From Octopus sinensis (Eukaryota), in assembly GCF_006345805.1 (NCBI RefSeq), contig NC_043005.1, positions 86,614,001 to 86,678,000 of the forward strand: DNA of 64,000 nucleotides, given 5' to 3'. Below, one piece after another: positions 1 to 12,640 of this stretch. A model generated the notes under the pieces. The model saw nothing but the letters and a program-made list of their open reading frames with translations, was not told where the DNA came from and made no database searches. Each line of letters begins with the position of its first letter. Position 1 is the stretch's first letter. The position numbers and the translations under genes were made by a program.

Positions 1-349
1 TATTTTCTCCCTTTTCCACCTAGCTTCTATATTACTCCTAGCTTCCTCACTTGAAGTATATTCAATTAACCATGCTACGCCAAATGGAAATTACCAATTA
101 GATGCGGTAACAATTGTGAACATCATAATCAAAGAATCCACTAGGATTAACGGTTAAATGGTATAACGAAATATATTCTAGGAAAAACACTAAAGTTCGT
201 GTAATATAATCAAATATACATACTGGGTGAATTACATGCTGCTTGGTCAATTTGGTAATAATTTCCGTCATATGTTCGCTACACTTAGTTCGTGCTGCAT
301 TTGAATGAATTTAGTATATTTTCAAATGCGTGTGTTTGGCGTGTTTGTG

Positions 350-365
350 TGTATATATATGTATA

Positions 366-412
<47 letters not shown>
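350..412. repeat. (TA)n microsatellite
   Basis: Near-pure TA run; source of the IY-repeat ORFs at 292-588. Many similar runs occur across the window (e.g. 3597-3838, 17050-17430, 20370-20615, 55660-55800). Confidence 0.95.
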
Positions 413-416
<4 letters not shown>

Positions 417-1077
417 TCATTCATACATATATATTTATACACACGTACATCAAGCATACATGCACACACACAGAGACACCAACATATACAACAAAACAGG
501 AGATATTAAGATATATTTTAAAGCTATAAAGAACAAAATAACTTTGTACATTAGTACCATATGTGTCAACATTGTTTTGTTCATTTGATTAGCTGTTAAA
601 AGTGAAAACCGGTTAGTAATAAATATAATTAGCGCTTTTGTGACAACAGATTTTCTGTTTGAAATTTATGAACATCATAAAAAATAAATAACATTATTAT
701 TTTTTTTTTAATCTAAAATATTCTTGCTATGAATTTTAAGAAATATACGCAGATATTTAAGAAATATAACATTATTTTGACATTACTTTTTAGAAAAATG
801 TTACATTTCACTAAAAAAAAAATTTTTTCACATTAATTTGTACTTCAAATCTATTTTTTTTATCTAATTTCTAAATTTATTTCTGTATATAAAAAAAAAA
901 CACTTATTGCACTTTTAACACAATTGTTTGGCTAAGAAACTTTATTTCCCTTTCAACACTATTATGTCGTTAAGAATACCTTGATGCAAGCCAAATACAA
1001 TTTTGTGAATTACTGATAATGCATCATTTACATTATTTACATTGGACGGATATGTGTCCTCATCTTGTTTCTTGTTA

Positions 1078-1123
1078 TCACAACGTTTCAGCTGATTTGC
1101 TATCCAGCCTTCATCAGGTGTCC
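1078..1123 (-). ncRNA. Minimal type I hammerhead ribozyme motif (Penelope-type)
   Basis: Minus strand reads GGACAC-CTGATGA-A-GGCTG-gatagcaaat-CAGCT-GAAA-CG-TT-GTGA. It has the CUGAUGA and GAAA cores, a 5-bp stem II, a palindromic AACGTT stem III (dimer type), a short stem I (CAC/GTG) and a GUU cleavage triplet. Confidence 0.6.
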
Positions 1124-1169
1124 TGGTGGAACTTTGAATGTTCTCATTCCTAAGGTAATTTTTGTTGAT

Positions 1170-1191
1170 GTTATTATTATTATTATTATTG

Positions 1192-1247
<56 letters not shown>
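1170..1247. repeat. (TAT)n/(TAG)n microsatellite
   Basis: Direct reading of the sequence. Confidence 0.95.
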
Positions 1248-1248
<1 letters not shown>

Positions 1249-1254
1249 CTTTTA

Positions 1255-1390
1255 TTTCAAATTCCGCCGAGGTCGAATTTGCCTTTCATTTTTTCGGGGT
1301 CGATAAAATAAGTACAAGTCGTACATTTGACTCGATGTAATCGAATTAACCCCTACCCCTAAAATTTCTGCCCTTGTGGCAAACTTTGAA
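1255..1390 (+). mobile_element. Partial tRNA-derived SINE, family A
   Basis: TTCAAATTCCGCCGAGGTCGAATTTGCCTTTCA...GGGGTCGATAAAATAAGTAC matches the body of the family A copies at 6567 and 54233. Confidence 0.8.
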
Positions 1391-1451
1391 CCCCCTCCTC
1401 CCCCTTCTCCTACTACTACTACTACTATTATTATTATTATTATTATTATTA

Positions 1452-2290
1452 TTTTTATCAAGTGTTTTCACTGCACTACCAAGCGAAGCTCTGTGTGCCT
1501 TGGGTATGTGCTGTGGTTTGTTGCGAGGTTCTCATTTTACTGTATTGAAAGTGTTTTACGAAGGATGTTTGCGGTGTCACGTAGTGCTATTTTTTGTATG
1601 GTATATATACTTGTCAGTCCTGGGGAATTTGTGATGCAATTGTGTGTATATTTTTTCATTATCCTTAATGCGCCTAATATGATAAGAATTGTTTACTGAT
1701 TTTAGACTCCCCAATTGAGTTACCTCTATTTGCAGGTCTTTAAATTTTGAAAGTTTTTCCGTTTCTTTTAGAGAAACATTATAATCTGTTCGTATTGATA
1801 CATCGATTAGAACACATTCTCTTTCTTATTGCTATTGTATCCGGCCTACTGGCCTTAATTTCTCTGTGTGTAATAGTATATCTCAGAATACGGTTGCTTT
1901 CTCATTTTCTGTGACCTTTTCTGGTGTGTGCCTATACCATCTTTTTCTGTTGTTATTCCATAGTGTTGGCATAGCTTCAAGCTTATAACGGTCGTGTCTG
2001 TGAATATATTCCTTCTTAGCCAGGACTGGGGAGCCATAGACAATATGATTTATTATTTCTTGTCCGTCTCCACATATTCTGCAATTGTTGTATTTCTTTT
2101 CTTTACATGTTTTTGGTAATTTCTAGTGTCAAGGCTTTGGTCTTGTGCTGCAATTAAAAATCATCCATTCTCTGCTTTGAGTCCTGAGCTCATCAACCAT
2201 TGTTGGGATCTTGCGTTGTCTATGTCCTTTTTGTTTAGTTTATTCCAGTATTTGCCATGAGGGGGCTTTTCTTGCCATCGTTTTATCATG
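1452..2290 (-). mobile_element. R4/Dong-clade non-LTR retrotransposon, decayed 3' part with (TAA)n tail
   Basis: Minus-strand peptides WQEKPPHGKY...SQQWLMSSGLKAE, AAQDQSL.TRNY, EYIHRHDR and IQKIALRDTANILRKTLSIQ* are collinear with the element at 60235-63494. The 3' UTR (AACCACAGCACATACCCAAGGCACACAGAGC) is followed by TAA repeats at about 1420-1452. Confidence 0.85.
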
Positions 2291-2575
2291 ATCCGTTGCT
2301 GCTCCAGTTTTAGTTTGGATTTCCTTGGCGTATAGTTTCCCCACCTGGACAGGACCCCAGTCCGTCGCAGCTGAAACCGCAAGATGCAAGAAGAAAGAGT
2401 GAGAGAAAGTTGTGGCGAAAGAATCATCAGAAATTCGCCATTACCTTCTGCCGGAGCCGCGTGGAGCTTAGATGTTTCGCCCATAAACACACATATCGCC
2501 CGGTCTTAGATTCGAACCCGCTATCCCACAACCGCAAGTCGGTTGCCCTAACCACTAGGCTATGTGTATCCACAT
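2290..2575 (-). mobile_element. tRNA-derived SINE, family C
   Basis: Reverse complement of the copy at 43763-44060 (shared GGTAATGGCGAA...CTGCGACGGACTGG...GTCCAGGTGGGG). Confidence 0.8.
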
Positions 2576-3582
2576 AAAGAACATACAGATCCTTTATTAG
2601 TATTGTAGATACCCGGGGTAGGTTTCCTGGCTTCCATGGCTCATATATTCCTCGCCCGGTTCGTCGCAAGTTTACTTATGTATGTCAGGTGAGTGAACTG
2701 GGGTAACATGAAATTAAATGCTTTGACGTTTTCAGGTTTGGTGTTTGAATAGTGGTTGATTAGATATGACATGACATTTTGCAATCGCCATTAAATAAAT
2801 TTATAGTTTCATATCTATCATAAGAATGCATCGCCTATCCGGGGAATCGAAACCACAATATAACGCTCATGAATCTAACAGCCAACTTTCCAAAAGACCT
2901 CTGAGATCTACGTTGTGTAGAAACGGATGTGCTCAACAACGAAGACGACAAATTTCTGGTGTTATACCTGATAGACCGAGATCTCGGCAAAGAAGTCCGT
3001 CTCTGTTGAAATCACTACTTCAACAGAGCTGATCCTTGATTCCAGAAACAGAACCAAATGAAGTTCCGAATAAACATGCAATAACCTTAATAGTCAAGTC
3101 CCAGAGAGAAAACAAAACCATAGCATTGCTGAAACCTAGAACAGAGTAAAAGTATACGTAGTTGGAATTTATAAAAAAAAATACTGAACAAAAGACGAAA
3201 ACGGATGTGTAAACTATAAACAGATGTATTAGTTTCACGCTCGGGAAGTGAGAAAATCTTTTACTTTTCGAGCGTACACTCCTCAAAAGAAAGGCACACA
3301 GAAATAAGAAGAGAGAGAGAATAAAACTATATGTATGCATGTGTGTACACCTCTCCACCAAATAAATGTATAGGACCGGTTTCTATCTCTTTCCTTCTAC
3401 CAAATCCACTCTCAAACCTTTTGTCGGTCCGAGGCGATAGTAGGAGACACTTGCCTAAGGTGCCATGTAAAGGACTGAACCATAGACCCTGTGGTGGTGA
3501 TGCAAAATTGTTATAGATCTTTATAGATCTGATTGTGTGGAGAAAAGAAAACAATGTTGCCATATACATAATCACACACACG

Positions 3583-3614
<32 letters not shown>

Positions 3615-3645
3615 GCATACACATATATCTGTTTTATATATATAT

Positions 3646-3779
<134 letters not shown>

Positions 3780-3798
3780 ATATAATATATATATATAT

Positions 3799-3839
<41 letters not shown>

Positions 3840-3840
<1 letters not shown>

Positions 3841-4060
3841 GAGGGGTGCTGAGAGTTTCCTTGCTTTATGGGCATCGCGAAAGTCTTGGTTGGAGTCCTA
3901 ACCTTCTGAGCTCTTCTGCAGAACTTAGAAAAACTGAAGTACTGCACTAATAAATGTATGAATCTGATAAGAGATTCTGTTGAATAAAATGTTAATTAAC
4001 TGACTCTGCGGTATTTTCTTTTACCCAAAGCCAGATTTTAAGCAATCCAGGAATATTGCT
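3840..4060 (+). mobile_element. Possible mariner-derived terminal fragment
   Basis: Begins TA|CGAGGGGTGCTGAGAGTTTCC directly after a TA run, resembling mariner-type TIR starts. No partner TIR was found. Confidence 0.3.
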
Positions 4061-6566
4061 GAATATTTTGTGATGTTAACATTTTATAATAAATTTTCAA
4101 GTACTAATCGGAAAAATTGCTACTGTAGCAGAGTGTGGTTAATGATAAAAACTGTTGCACGGAGACATAGTGTCATGTGACTTGTTATGTGATGCAAGAC
4201 AATGACGATTGCAAAATGTCATGTCATATCTAATCAACCTCTATTCAAACACCAAACCTGAAAGCGTCAATGGTTATTCAGAAACAATTGTTTTAATTAT
4301 CATTGGGCATCGATTATAAATGTATATTTGTTCAGTATACTTCTTGAAGCATCTTTGGTTTCAAGAAACTTGACCAGGTAATCAAAATTATACTTGAGAC
4401 TTTTGAACTGTTTACTATTAGTTTTCGTATTCAAAAGACGTGAAAGATTATTAGTATATTCGCTGGTAGTTTGCGATTCTAAATACGTCAACCGGCAATA
4501 ATCCATATTTAATTGTATATACTTAATTTCACTTTGTGATAAGCTTTTGTACGTTGTTGAATATCAGACTTGCAAAGAACAATTTACCTATAGTGCTGAA
4601 GTAAATAGCTGCTACTACTGCTGCTTGTAATGTTGCTATTGCTGCTGATGTCACAATAATGATTTGACACGAGATTTTTATCATGTCTATATCGGGCATG
4701 GGAAATCATTTTTCGAGAAGCGGTCCGCATGGGACAAGGCTTATATTCAAACGAGCCGCCCTACTAAAATATATTCAATATAAATTTTCGTCAGGTGAGC
4801 CATGTAGAAAGTCCAACGATCTCCAGTTTGCTAATGACTTGTCTATATTATCGCCTTTAAATAAGAATATTTGTTTAGACGAGGAGAAATATTTGACCAT
4901 ATAGGAAATTCGCGATATATTTGACAGACTGCCTTTTCGACACTTGTCCAGTTTGGCGAACAGTGACACTCGACAACTTGGCCGAATCAGAATTCTTCTC
5001 TGCAACTTTACGAAAAGTTCGACATAGTAGGTACATTAGCTAATATGTTTTGTCAGATGAAATGTTGTCGACAGCGAGAATCCTGCTTCGTTGGTGTCCA
5101 AGAAACCAACAGTTAGACTGATATATATATCATGTAAAACAAGTTCCTTGCTTACTATCTTTTATTGCAGCTGACACGAGAGACAATGGCGTTAACTGGC
5201 CCTCACCATTATATTTTATTTTTGAACTCAGGGTTAAAATATTCTAGACACCGGATGAGACATAGAAGATTAATCGGCCTCAAGAGAGAATCTCCACTGC
5301 AATAATGAAGAGTACCAACGCCATCATAGTAACCTGTGTTTCCGGTTTTCTACTGTAATATTCAACAAAGTATAAAAGAAAGAAAAGAGAAAGATAAAGC
5401 TAGCGGCAGTTCCGCACAAGAAAGAAGAAAACAATGAAATGAAATAATTGAGACATAAATTCAAAATAAGACATCAATTATTATTATAGACAGCCAATAT
5501 ATGAGTGAAGATGCTGTAGGTCTCTAAAGACCGAAATAAGACGTGTTATGTAATCGAATGAATTCATACCACATAATTCTGAGATAAAATTGTGCTGGGA
5601 TGGATCTGTTAACTTCTTTACAATGTGAATGAAATAAAAATTAATGAAATATTGGGTTCATTTAAATAAATTTACAGTTTGATATCTCTCATAAGAAAAA
5701 GGAAAGGAAATTTACACCAAGCGTATACGCAATTTCATTTTGTCTCTTCCAATGGACTCAAGTCCCGCTGAGTTCAAGTTTGCCTTTCGTCCTTTCAACT
5801 CGATAAAATGAACTATCGATCAAGTGCTGGATGTAGTAGGCTTTGACTAATCCCCTTTCCTCAGATTTTCCGGTCTTATGCCTAAATCACGATCTATTTC
5901 CTAATTCCTGTTAACAGGGAGTCATGCATCGGACAACATGGTAACAGAATCGTTAACGCATCGGGGAAAATTCATAACAATATTTCTTCACGTTCTTTAC
6001 GTTCTGAGATCAAATTTCATCAAGGTCAACTTCTACCTTCTTCCTAAAATCGCTGGTTTCGTCCCGGATTAAGAAACCAACAAGAAAACATCCGTGAATG
6101 CGTAGTTCTTGATTTCTATCTTTAGTTGGAGCCACTTTATAGCAAAATAGTTTGAAACTATGTCTATAAAGCAGTGAAGACTAACAACAAATTACTACCT
6201 GACAACCAGCTGTAGTGTCAGCAATTCGAACCCTGTTGCCAATTCTATATTCTATCCTTGGCCCCCAAAATATCTCTGACTGCCCAAACAACTTAACTTT
6301 AACTAGGTTGAGTATCATAATGGAAATGGTTTCTGCACGCAGTTCTCAAAGTTCCATGGTTTTTTTACAATTTAAAGCAATATTTTAATAAATAGCTGAC
6401 TTTTCCCTAAATACAACTCGAACTAGCGAGTCAGTGATGTGACATTTAGAGTAATCCCTCGCCATACCGTGTTTCACCTATCTCTATTTATTATTTAAGC
6501 TTACGTCGATTCCTCTGTGGTGCTGTTCTGCATTTATAATAAAATAAATATATAGAAATTATTAAA

Positions 6567-7215
6567 AAGGCGGCGAGCTAGCAGAAAAGTTAGCAGACCG
6601 GGCGAAATGCTTAGCGGTATTTCGTCAGCCGTTACGTTCTGAGTTCAAATTCCGCTGAGGTCAACTTTGCCTTTCATCCTTTCGGGGTCGATTAAATAAG
6701 TACCAGTTACGCACTGGGGTCAATGTAATCGACTTAATCCGTTTGTCCCCTTTGTGTGTTTAGCCCCTTGTGGGTAGTAAAGAAATAGGTATTTCGTCTG
6801 CCGCTACGTTCTGAGTTCAAATTCCGCCGAGATTGACATTGCCTTCATCCTTTCGGGGTCGATTAAATAAGTACCAGTTACGCACTGGGGTCAATGTAAT
6901 CGACTTAATCCGTTTGTCCCCTTTGTGTGTTTAGCCCCTTGTGGGTAGTAAAGAAATAGGTATTTCGTCTGCCGCTACGTTCTGAGTTCAAATTCCGCCG
7001 AGATTGACATTGCCTTTCATCCTTTCGGGGTCGATTAAATAAGTACCAGTTACGCAGTGGTGTCGATATAATCTACTTAATCCGTTTGTCTGTCTTTGTT
7101 TTTCCTCTCTGTGCTTAGCTCATTGTGGGTAGTAAAGAAATAGGTATTTCGTCTGCCGATACGTTCTGAGTTCAAATTCCGCCGAGGTCGACTTTGCCTT
7201 TTATCCTTGTTTAGC
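6567..7215 (+). mobile_element. SINE family A with tandemly amplified body (three full units plus one partial)
   Basis: Head AAGGCGGCGAGCTAGCAGAA, then units starting GTATTTCGTC at 6617, 6789, 6960 and 7144 (periods 172, 171 and 184 bp). Each unit contains the B-box-like GAGTTCAAATTCC. Confidence 0.85.
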
Positions 7216-7509
7216 CCGTTGTGAGAAATAAACAAATAAGACATTATTAAAAAAAATATAGTCCTGATTCTACTTCGCGGATTTTCACCTATCACGAGGG
7301 ATTTGGGAAAGTAACATTCTCGATAGGATGTTCCAAATGTTTGATATGAATTTTCGTCTTTGATTGTTTAAGCAGTAGTAGTAGAGAAAGGAGGTGGCGG
7401 AGAAGACGTGTTATGTAATCGAATGAATTTATGCCACATAATTCTGAGATAAAATTGTGCTGGGATGGATTTGTTAACTTCTTTACAATGTGAATGAAAT
7501 AAGAATTAA

Positions 7510-7660
7510 TGAAGAAGAAGAAGATAATGAAGACGAAGAAGGGGAAGAAGAAGAAGGGGAAGAAGAAGAAGGGGAAGAAGAAGAAGAAGTAGAAGAAGAA
7601 GTAGAAGAAGAAGAAAAACATAATGAAGAAGAAGAAGAAAGAAAGAAAGAAAGAAAGAAA
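7510..7660. repeat. (GAA)n / (GAAA)n microsatellite
   Basis: Explains the Glu-rich ORF 7490-7696 and the Phe-rich ORF 7292-7663. Confidence 0.9.
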
Positions 7661-7856
7661 CAATGTGGGTGTGGTTTTACAGTAGAAGGATGTTAAATGG
7701 TCAAGTAACCTAAAATAGACTTGTTGTGGATGATAGCAGGGATTGAAAATGCTGTGAATAAATTCTTGGGGTAACGGTTTTCAATGCATCGTTTTTAATA
7801 TTTGCGTGGGTGTTATTCTAAGGCGCTGTTGAATACGTCGTTTGCTGTGAATGCAT

Positions 7857-8726
7857 TCAAAAGGGGTTTATATTTTGTGATAAAGAATGACTCTTTATGA
7901 AGGCGTTGGCTGCAGGTTGTATCGTCCCTGAATTGACAGAGGAGAAAATTCTGAAGCTGGGGTTTTTATTATTGGCGCAAATGACAATGTGTTCGCTGAA
8001 TGCTATTTTTCTGTTTTTCAGAATTTTGATCTGGGATCTGTGTAGAGCCATCCTTTGACGTAGACTGTTTTTTGCTATGTATTGCGATGTATTGCTACGT
8101 TTTGCTATGTACTGCTCTCGACACCCAAAGCAGGTAAATGCGAATATCAGATTCTCCGAAGCACATTTGAACATGTTTTTCACTGTAAAACATTGTCCCT
8201 GTTTGAAAGCGAAATCTGGTCCCTCAATTAAATTGACGCATATACCACAGTCGGGTCTTCCACATTTTTTCACTGACGGCTTCAGTGTTGTTGTTGAGCG
8301 TATTCGGGTTTGTATTAGGAGATTTTTCAAAGATTTGAGCTGTCTTTTGCTTTTTACGATGGCGTGTGTCTGGAGGATTACATTCATTCTGTGGTCCCTT
8401 TTTAGTAGGGGAATGTTTTGGAGGATGGTATCGAAGGCTTCATTAAAAGGATTGTGTATGGAGATGTATGGTAGGGCTTCTGGTTGTAAATCCTTCTTTC
8501 ATTTGGGATACCTGAGTTCGTGGACGTTGAAAGTATATGCCAATTAGTGAAGGTGTGTAGTTCCTGATGATTTAGTGTATCCTTTAGTTCATGTAGTCGT
8601 GTGTCTCTGGTGTTTGCATTAGAAACTATAGTACATATCCTTTTTGCTAGTTTGAAGGGGATATTCATTCTAGTGTTTCTGGAGTGGGATGAGTTGAACG
8701 GTAGATATTGCTTGTAGTCTGAGGGC
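7857..8726 (-). mobile_element. Penelope-like element (Neptune-like), decayed RT thumb plus GIY-YIG endonuclease
   Basis: PSDYKQYLPFNSSH..NIPFKLAKRICTIV (RT thumb), CGRPDCGIC (Cys motif) and NLIFAFTCFGCREQYI...LRQRMALHR (GIY-YIG), with frameshifts. Confidence 0.85.
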
Positions 8727-9045
8727 TACAATATATATATAGTGAAGATTATTTGCCAACATAAAGTGGCAGTCTCGGTTGGTACAAATGTTACTGATAT
8801 TTAGCCCGAGGAAACATCTTCCTGAGTTGGCTATACGACACGCAATCTGTGTCCTTGTATTTGCGAATAGGAGTGCTTATCATCTCCAACCAGCACAAAG
8901 CAATATCTGTAGACCGCGGTTTCTGAGTTATTCTAGTTCCTCGGCACTGAACAACTGCTCGGCTGGAGATGACGCTGTAGAACACTAGTTCGAAAATATA
9001 TATAACTTTCAAAATGACTGTGTGTCACTTTGAAGGTGTTTATAT

Positions 9046-9081
<36 letters not shown>

Positions 9082-9127
9082 TAGAGACATAAATATGCAT
9101 ATATATATGTAAATATATATATATACG

Positions 9128-9165
<38 letters not shown>

Positions 9166-10039
9166 CACACATACATAAATATCTATATATATAATATATA
9201 TGAATACATATATATATATATTATAATATATATAATAGTAATAATATATATATATATATGGAGTAATGGATGCAAACAACAATATTAGCACCAAAGCATT
9301 GATGATGTAATAATGTTATCAATACATTTTAAATAAGTTATAAGTTAAGAATATTGCAGCAGATATTGAATTATACAACATTCAGTTATAAATATTAAAT
9401 TATAGACTATAATTAAAGTTTTAACTAAGGTACACAACTTTAACTAAAAACATGATAAAACATGTGACAAGAAATAATTTGTGCTATATGAAAAATATCT
9501 TAAATATGATTTGAATGGCCGTGGTTCAACTAAAGTGGTTCCAGGAATTACAACCGTATTTCGTGGTCTGCTACCACAACAGCTCCTATATAGGATGCAG
9601 TTAGCTCAAGACATCATCAGGAGGAACCACGTCCGGTTTCGGCCCCTACTCCTCTACCGTTTTGACGTGGTGGGGGCCCTTCCTTCCGGAGGTGTCTTCA
9701 GCTCTGGTGTTGGATGCATTACTTCTTTCTTCTTCTTTCTTCTGTTAATAACTATTACTGAATCTTTGCAGGTCATTTGACTGACTGTTCCATTGTTAGT
9801 AGTAACGGAACGACCAGACAACTAAACCGTTTTTATGGGAGTAAAAAATCATGGTAAATAGTGATGATTATACGAATTGAAACAAATGTGTGCTGTGCTA
9901 TACCCATTACCTTTATTGCAAACCACGTCAATACAACATTGATTTTTGTCCTGTTATCTACATTATGTACTCCATTAGACTCAGTATTCCTACGCAGAAC
10001 CGTGATGCTTATTTATCAATATTATGTATTAATAGAGGC

Positions 10040-10495
10040 AGGAGTGGGTGTGTGGTAAGAAGCTTGCTTTCCAATCACATGGTTTCGGATTCAGTCCCAC
10101 TGCGTGGCATGTTGGACAAGCGTCTTCTACTATATCCTCGGTCCGACCACGGCTTTGTGAGTGGATTTGGTAGACGGAAACTGAAAGAAGCCCGTCGTAT
10201 ATCTAACATACATACACACAGATATATATATGTATGTATATATATTAGAAGGTTTGACGATGATGTACATATATGATGTATATATATGTATGTATGTGAT
10301 TGTTATTTGTCTGTGTTTGCCTCCCCACCATTGCTTGACAACCGATGTTGGTGTGTTTACCCCACCGTAACTTAGCGGTTCGGCAAAAAGTGTTCGACAG
10401 AATAAGTAATAAGCTTACAAAGAATAGGCCCTAGTTGACTAAAGGAGGTGCTCCAGCATGGCCGCATTCAAATGACTGAGACAAGTAAAAGAGTA
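10040..10495 (+). mobile_element. tRNA-derived SINE, family B
   Basis: GGCAGGAGTGGGTGTGTGGTAAG head, GGTAGACGGAAACTGAAAGAAGCC core and CAGCATGGCCGCATTCAAATGACTGA tail, matching 31205-31615. Confidence 0.85.
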
Positions 10496-11867
10496 ATGTC
10501 ACCCAGCTGCATCCGTCATCCTGCGGTGACGTTCCACAGTGAGTGATTTAAAACTAAGCCTTTTCATTCGAAATCTATCATCTGTCTCTGTCTCTGTCTC
10601 TGTCTCTCTCACTCTGTATCTGTCTCCTTTTTTCACCCTTACTATCTCTCTCTTTCAGTCTCTTTCTTTCTCCCCCACGCTCTCTCTCTCTCTCTCTGTC
10701 TCACCACTTCCAATATCACTCAAGCTCTGCAACGTTATCAGCGTTCCTTGAGGAAAGGTCAAAAATGTTGCAAAGAAAGTGTGAATGGTTGTGCGAATGA
10801 GGGAGAAGGTCTGCAGATGCTACTGCTAACATTATTGACAACAATGCTACTGAGTGTGTTGATATTCTCGACAATATCGCACCGGCTACCAGTGGTGTGA
10901 GTGCACCAGTAACAGCAGTAATCGTGCTTTTTCCTTCCTGCACTTTGCATCATATATCTTCGTAGCTGTTACTACATTAACTGTTGTTTTCTTTTGCCTT
11001 CTCTACAATTTCGGGCTTCCGTAATAAAAAAAACAAATACTTCTTGTTTCTAAGCTCACTATCTGACCACGCGCGTCAATAATGACGGCTTATTGTTGTA
11101 TTTTACATACAAGCAAGTTGCATAATAATCACTCATACAAACATACACATACTCCCCTTGTGCACGCACACATAAAACTATTAGACATATATACTCACAG
11201 GGTTGAAACGCTGATTTTTCACCCCTTCCTTCCTTATTCATCTATCAACTCTTTCTTTTTCTCATTGCTGTTACTTTCTTTCACTCCCTTTCAGTCAGGG
11301 CTATTACTCTCACTACTTCTCCTTCACTGAATTACAATTTTCTCTCCTCCACGTTCGGCTTGATTCTGGACAAATATATATTTATCGAAATATATAAAAC
11401 ACCTCGTTCTTTATTATATTAGATGTTCCGCTCCACGGCTTCTAGGCATGTGTCGTTTTCTATGGCTCTGATCTCACCCACCAATGTGGAATTTGTAGGC
11501 TAACAACCGTCCTTCTAAGCAGCTTACATCCTCTAAATTCATATCATAAATTTAACATATATTTAAAGTGTATGGTAACTCGTCCTGAAGAAATAATTCG
11601 GATACGCAGAACGTACATACGTCCCCTAGAATGACAGAAACACTGGCACATGCGTAAGTGCATACATACGTACGTACATAAACACATACGCACATCATAT
11701 GAATGTGGTGTGCGTGTAGGGGTGTGTATGTTGTGTGTCGATCTTAGCGTTTCACCATGAAAGCCTTTAAATATCTGCAGTCAAAGGAAGTGCTTTTTTC
11801 TGCACAAAGTTCCACTACTTAATTGTTTTTACTTAATGTAGCTGGGCGACATTACTATTTTACTCTT

Positions 11868-12299
11868 TTAACTCAGAACGTAACGGCAGACGAAATACCT
11901 ATATCCTTATTACCCACAAGGGGCTAAACATAAAGGGGACAAACAAGGGCAGACATAGGTATTAAGTCGATTACATTAAACCCAGTGCGAAACTAGTACT
12001 TTATTTATCAACCCCGAAGGGATGAAAGGCAAAGTCGACCTCGGCGGAATTTGAACTCAAAACGTAACGACAGACGAAATACCTATTTCTTTATTACCCA
12101 CAAGGGGCTAAATATAAAGGGGACATAGGTATTAAGTCGATTATATCGACCACAGTGCGTAACTGGTACTTAATTTATCGACCCCAAAAGGATGAAAGGC
12201 AAAGTCAACCTCGAAGGAATTTCATCTCAGAACGTAACAGACGAAATAGCGCAAGGCATTTCGCCCGGCGGGCTAACGTGTCTGCCAGCTCGCCGCCTT
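11868..12299 (-). mobile_element. SINE family A with tandem body duplication
   Basis: Reverse complement of the family A body; the GACGAAATA unit boundary recurs at about 11889, 12073 and 12240. Confidence 0.85.
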
Positions 12300-12327
12300 C
12301 GAATAAGCAACAGTGTTTTAGTCCTCA

Positions 12328-12640
12328 CAAGACTCAGTGGTCGGAGCGCTGGGCACACAACCACGCGGTAGTGAGTTCGATTCCCAGACCGGACTGTGTG
12401 TTGAATTCTTGAGGAAGAAACTTTATTTCACGTTGCTTCAGTTCACTCATCTGTAGAAAGTTGTATCGCTTCCTTTATCTCTCCCTTGCATTGCTTCGGC
12501 GACGTGGAGAAGGAGGGCTGGTATGCATGGGCGGCTGCCAGTCTTCCATAAATAACCGGGCCCGGACTTGTACCCCGCAGGGTAATTTTCTGGATGATTT
12601 CCGATGTCACTCTCTTGCTGCGTATATCTGGCCCATCCCT
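12328..12640 (+). mobile_element. tRNA-derived SINE, family D
   Basis: A-box-like CTCAGTGG, B-box GAGTTCGATTCC and central TTCACGTTGCTTCAGTTCACTCA. Related minus-strand copies lie at about 27055-27238 and 42520-42650. Confidence 0.65.

Noticed and set aside
2965-3000. CTGATAGA-CCGAG/CTCGG-CAAA as a hammerhead
   Set aside because: Both core segments deviate from consensus; at best a dead relic.
6617-7215. Regularly spaced ~172-bp repeats as a CRISPR-like array
   Set aside because: The units are contiguous SINE bodies with no unique spacers, in eukaryotic context.
9590-9715. CTGAAGA, GAAACC...GGTT and CTGATGA on the minus strand
   Set aside because: Spacing and stems cannot be assembled into any hammerhead topology; probably chance.
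10716-10953. Short ORFs with a hydrophobic stretch (possible secreted peptide)
   Set aside because: No recognisable family, precursor processing sites or splice support.
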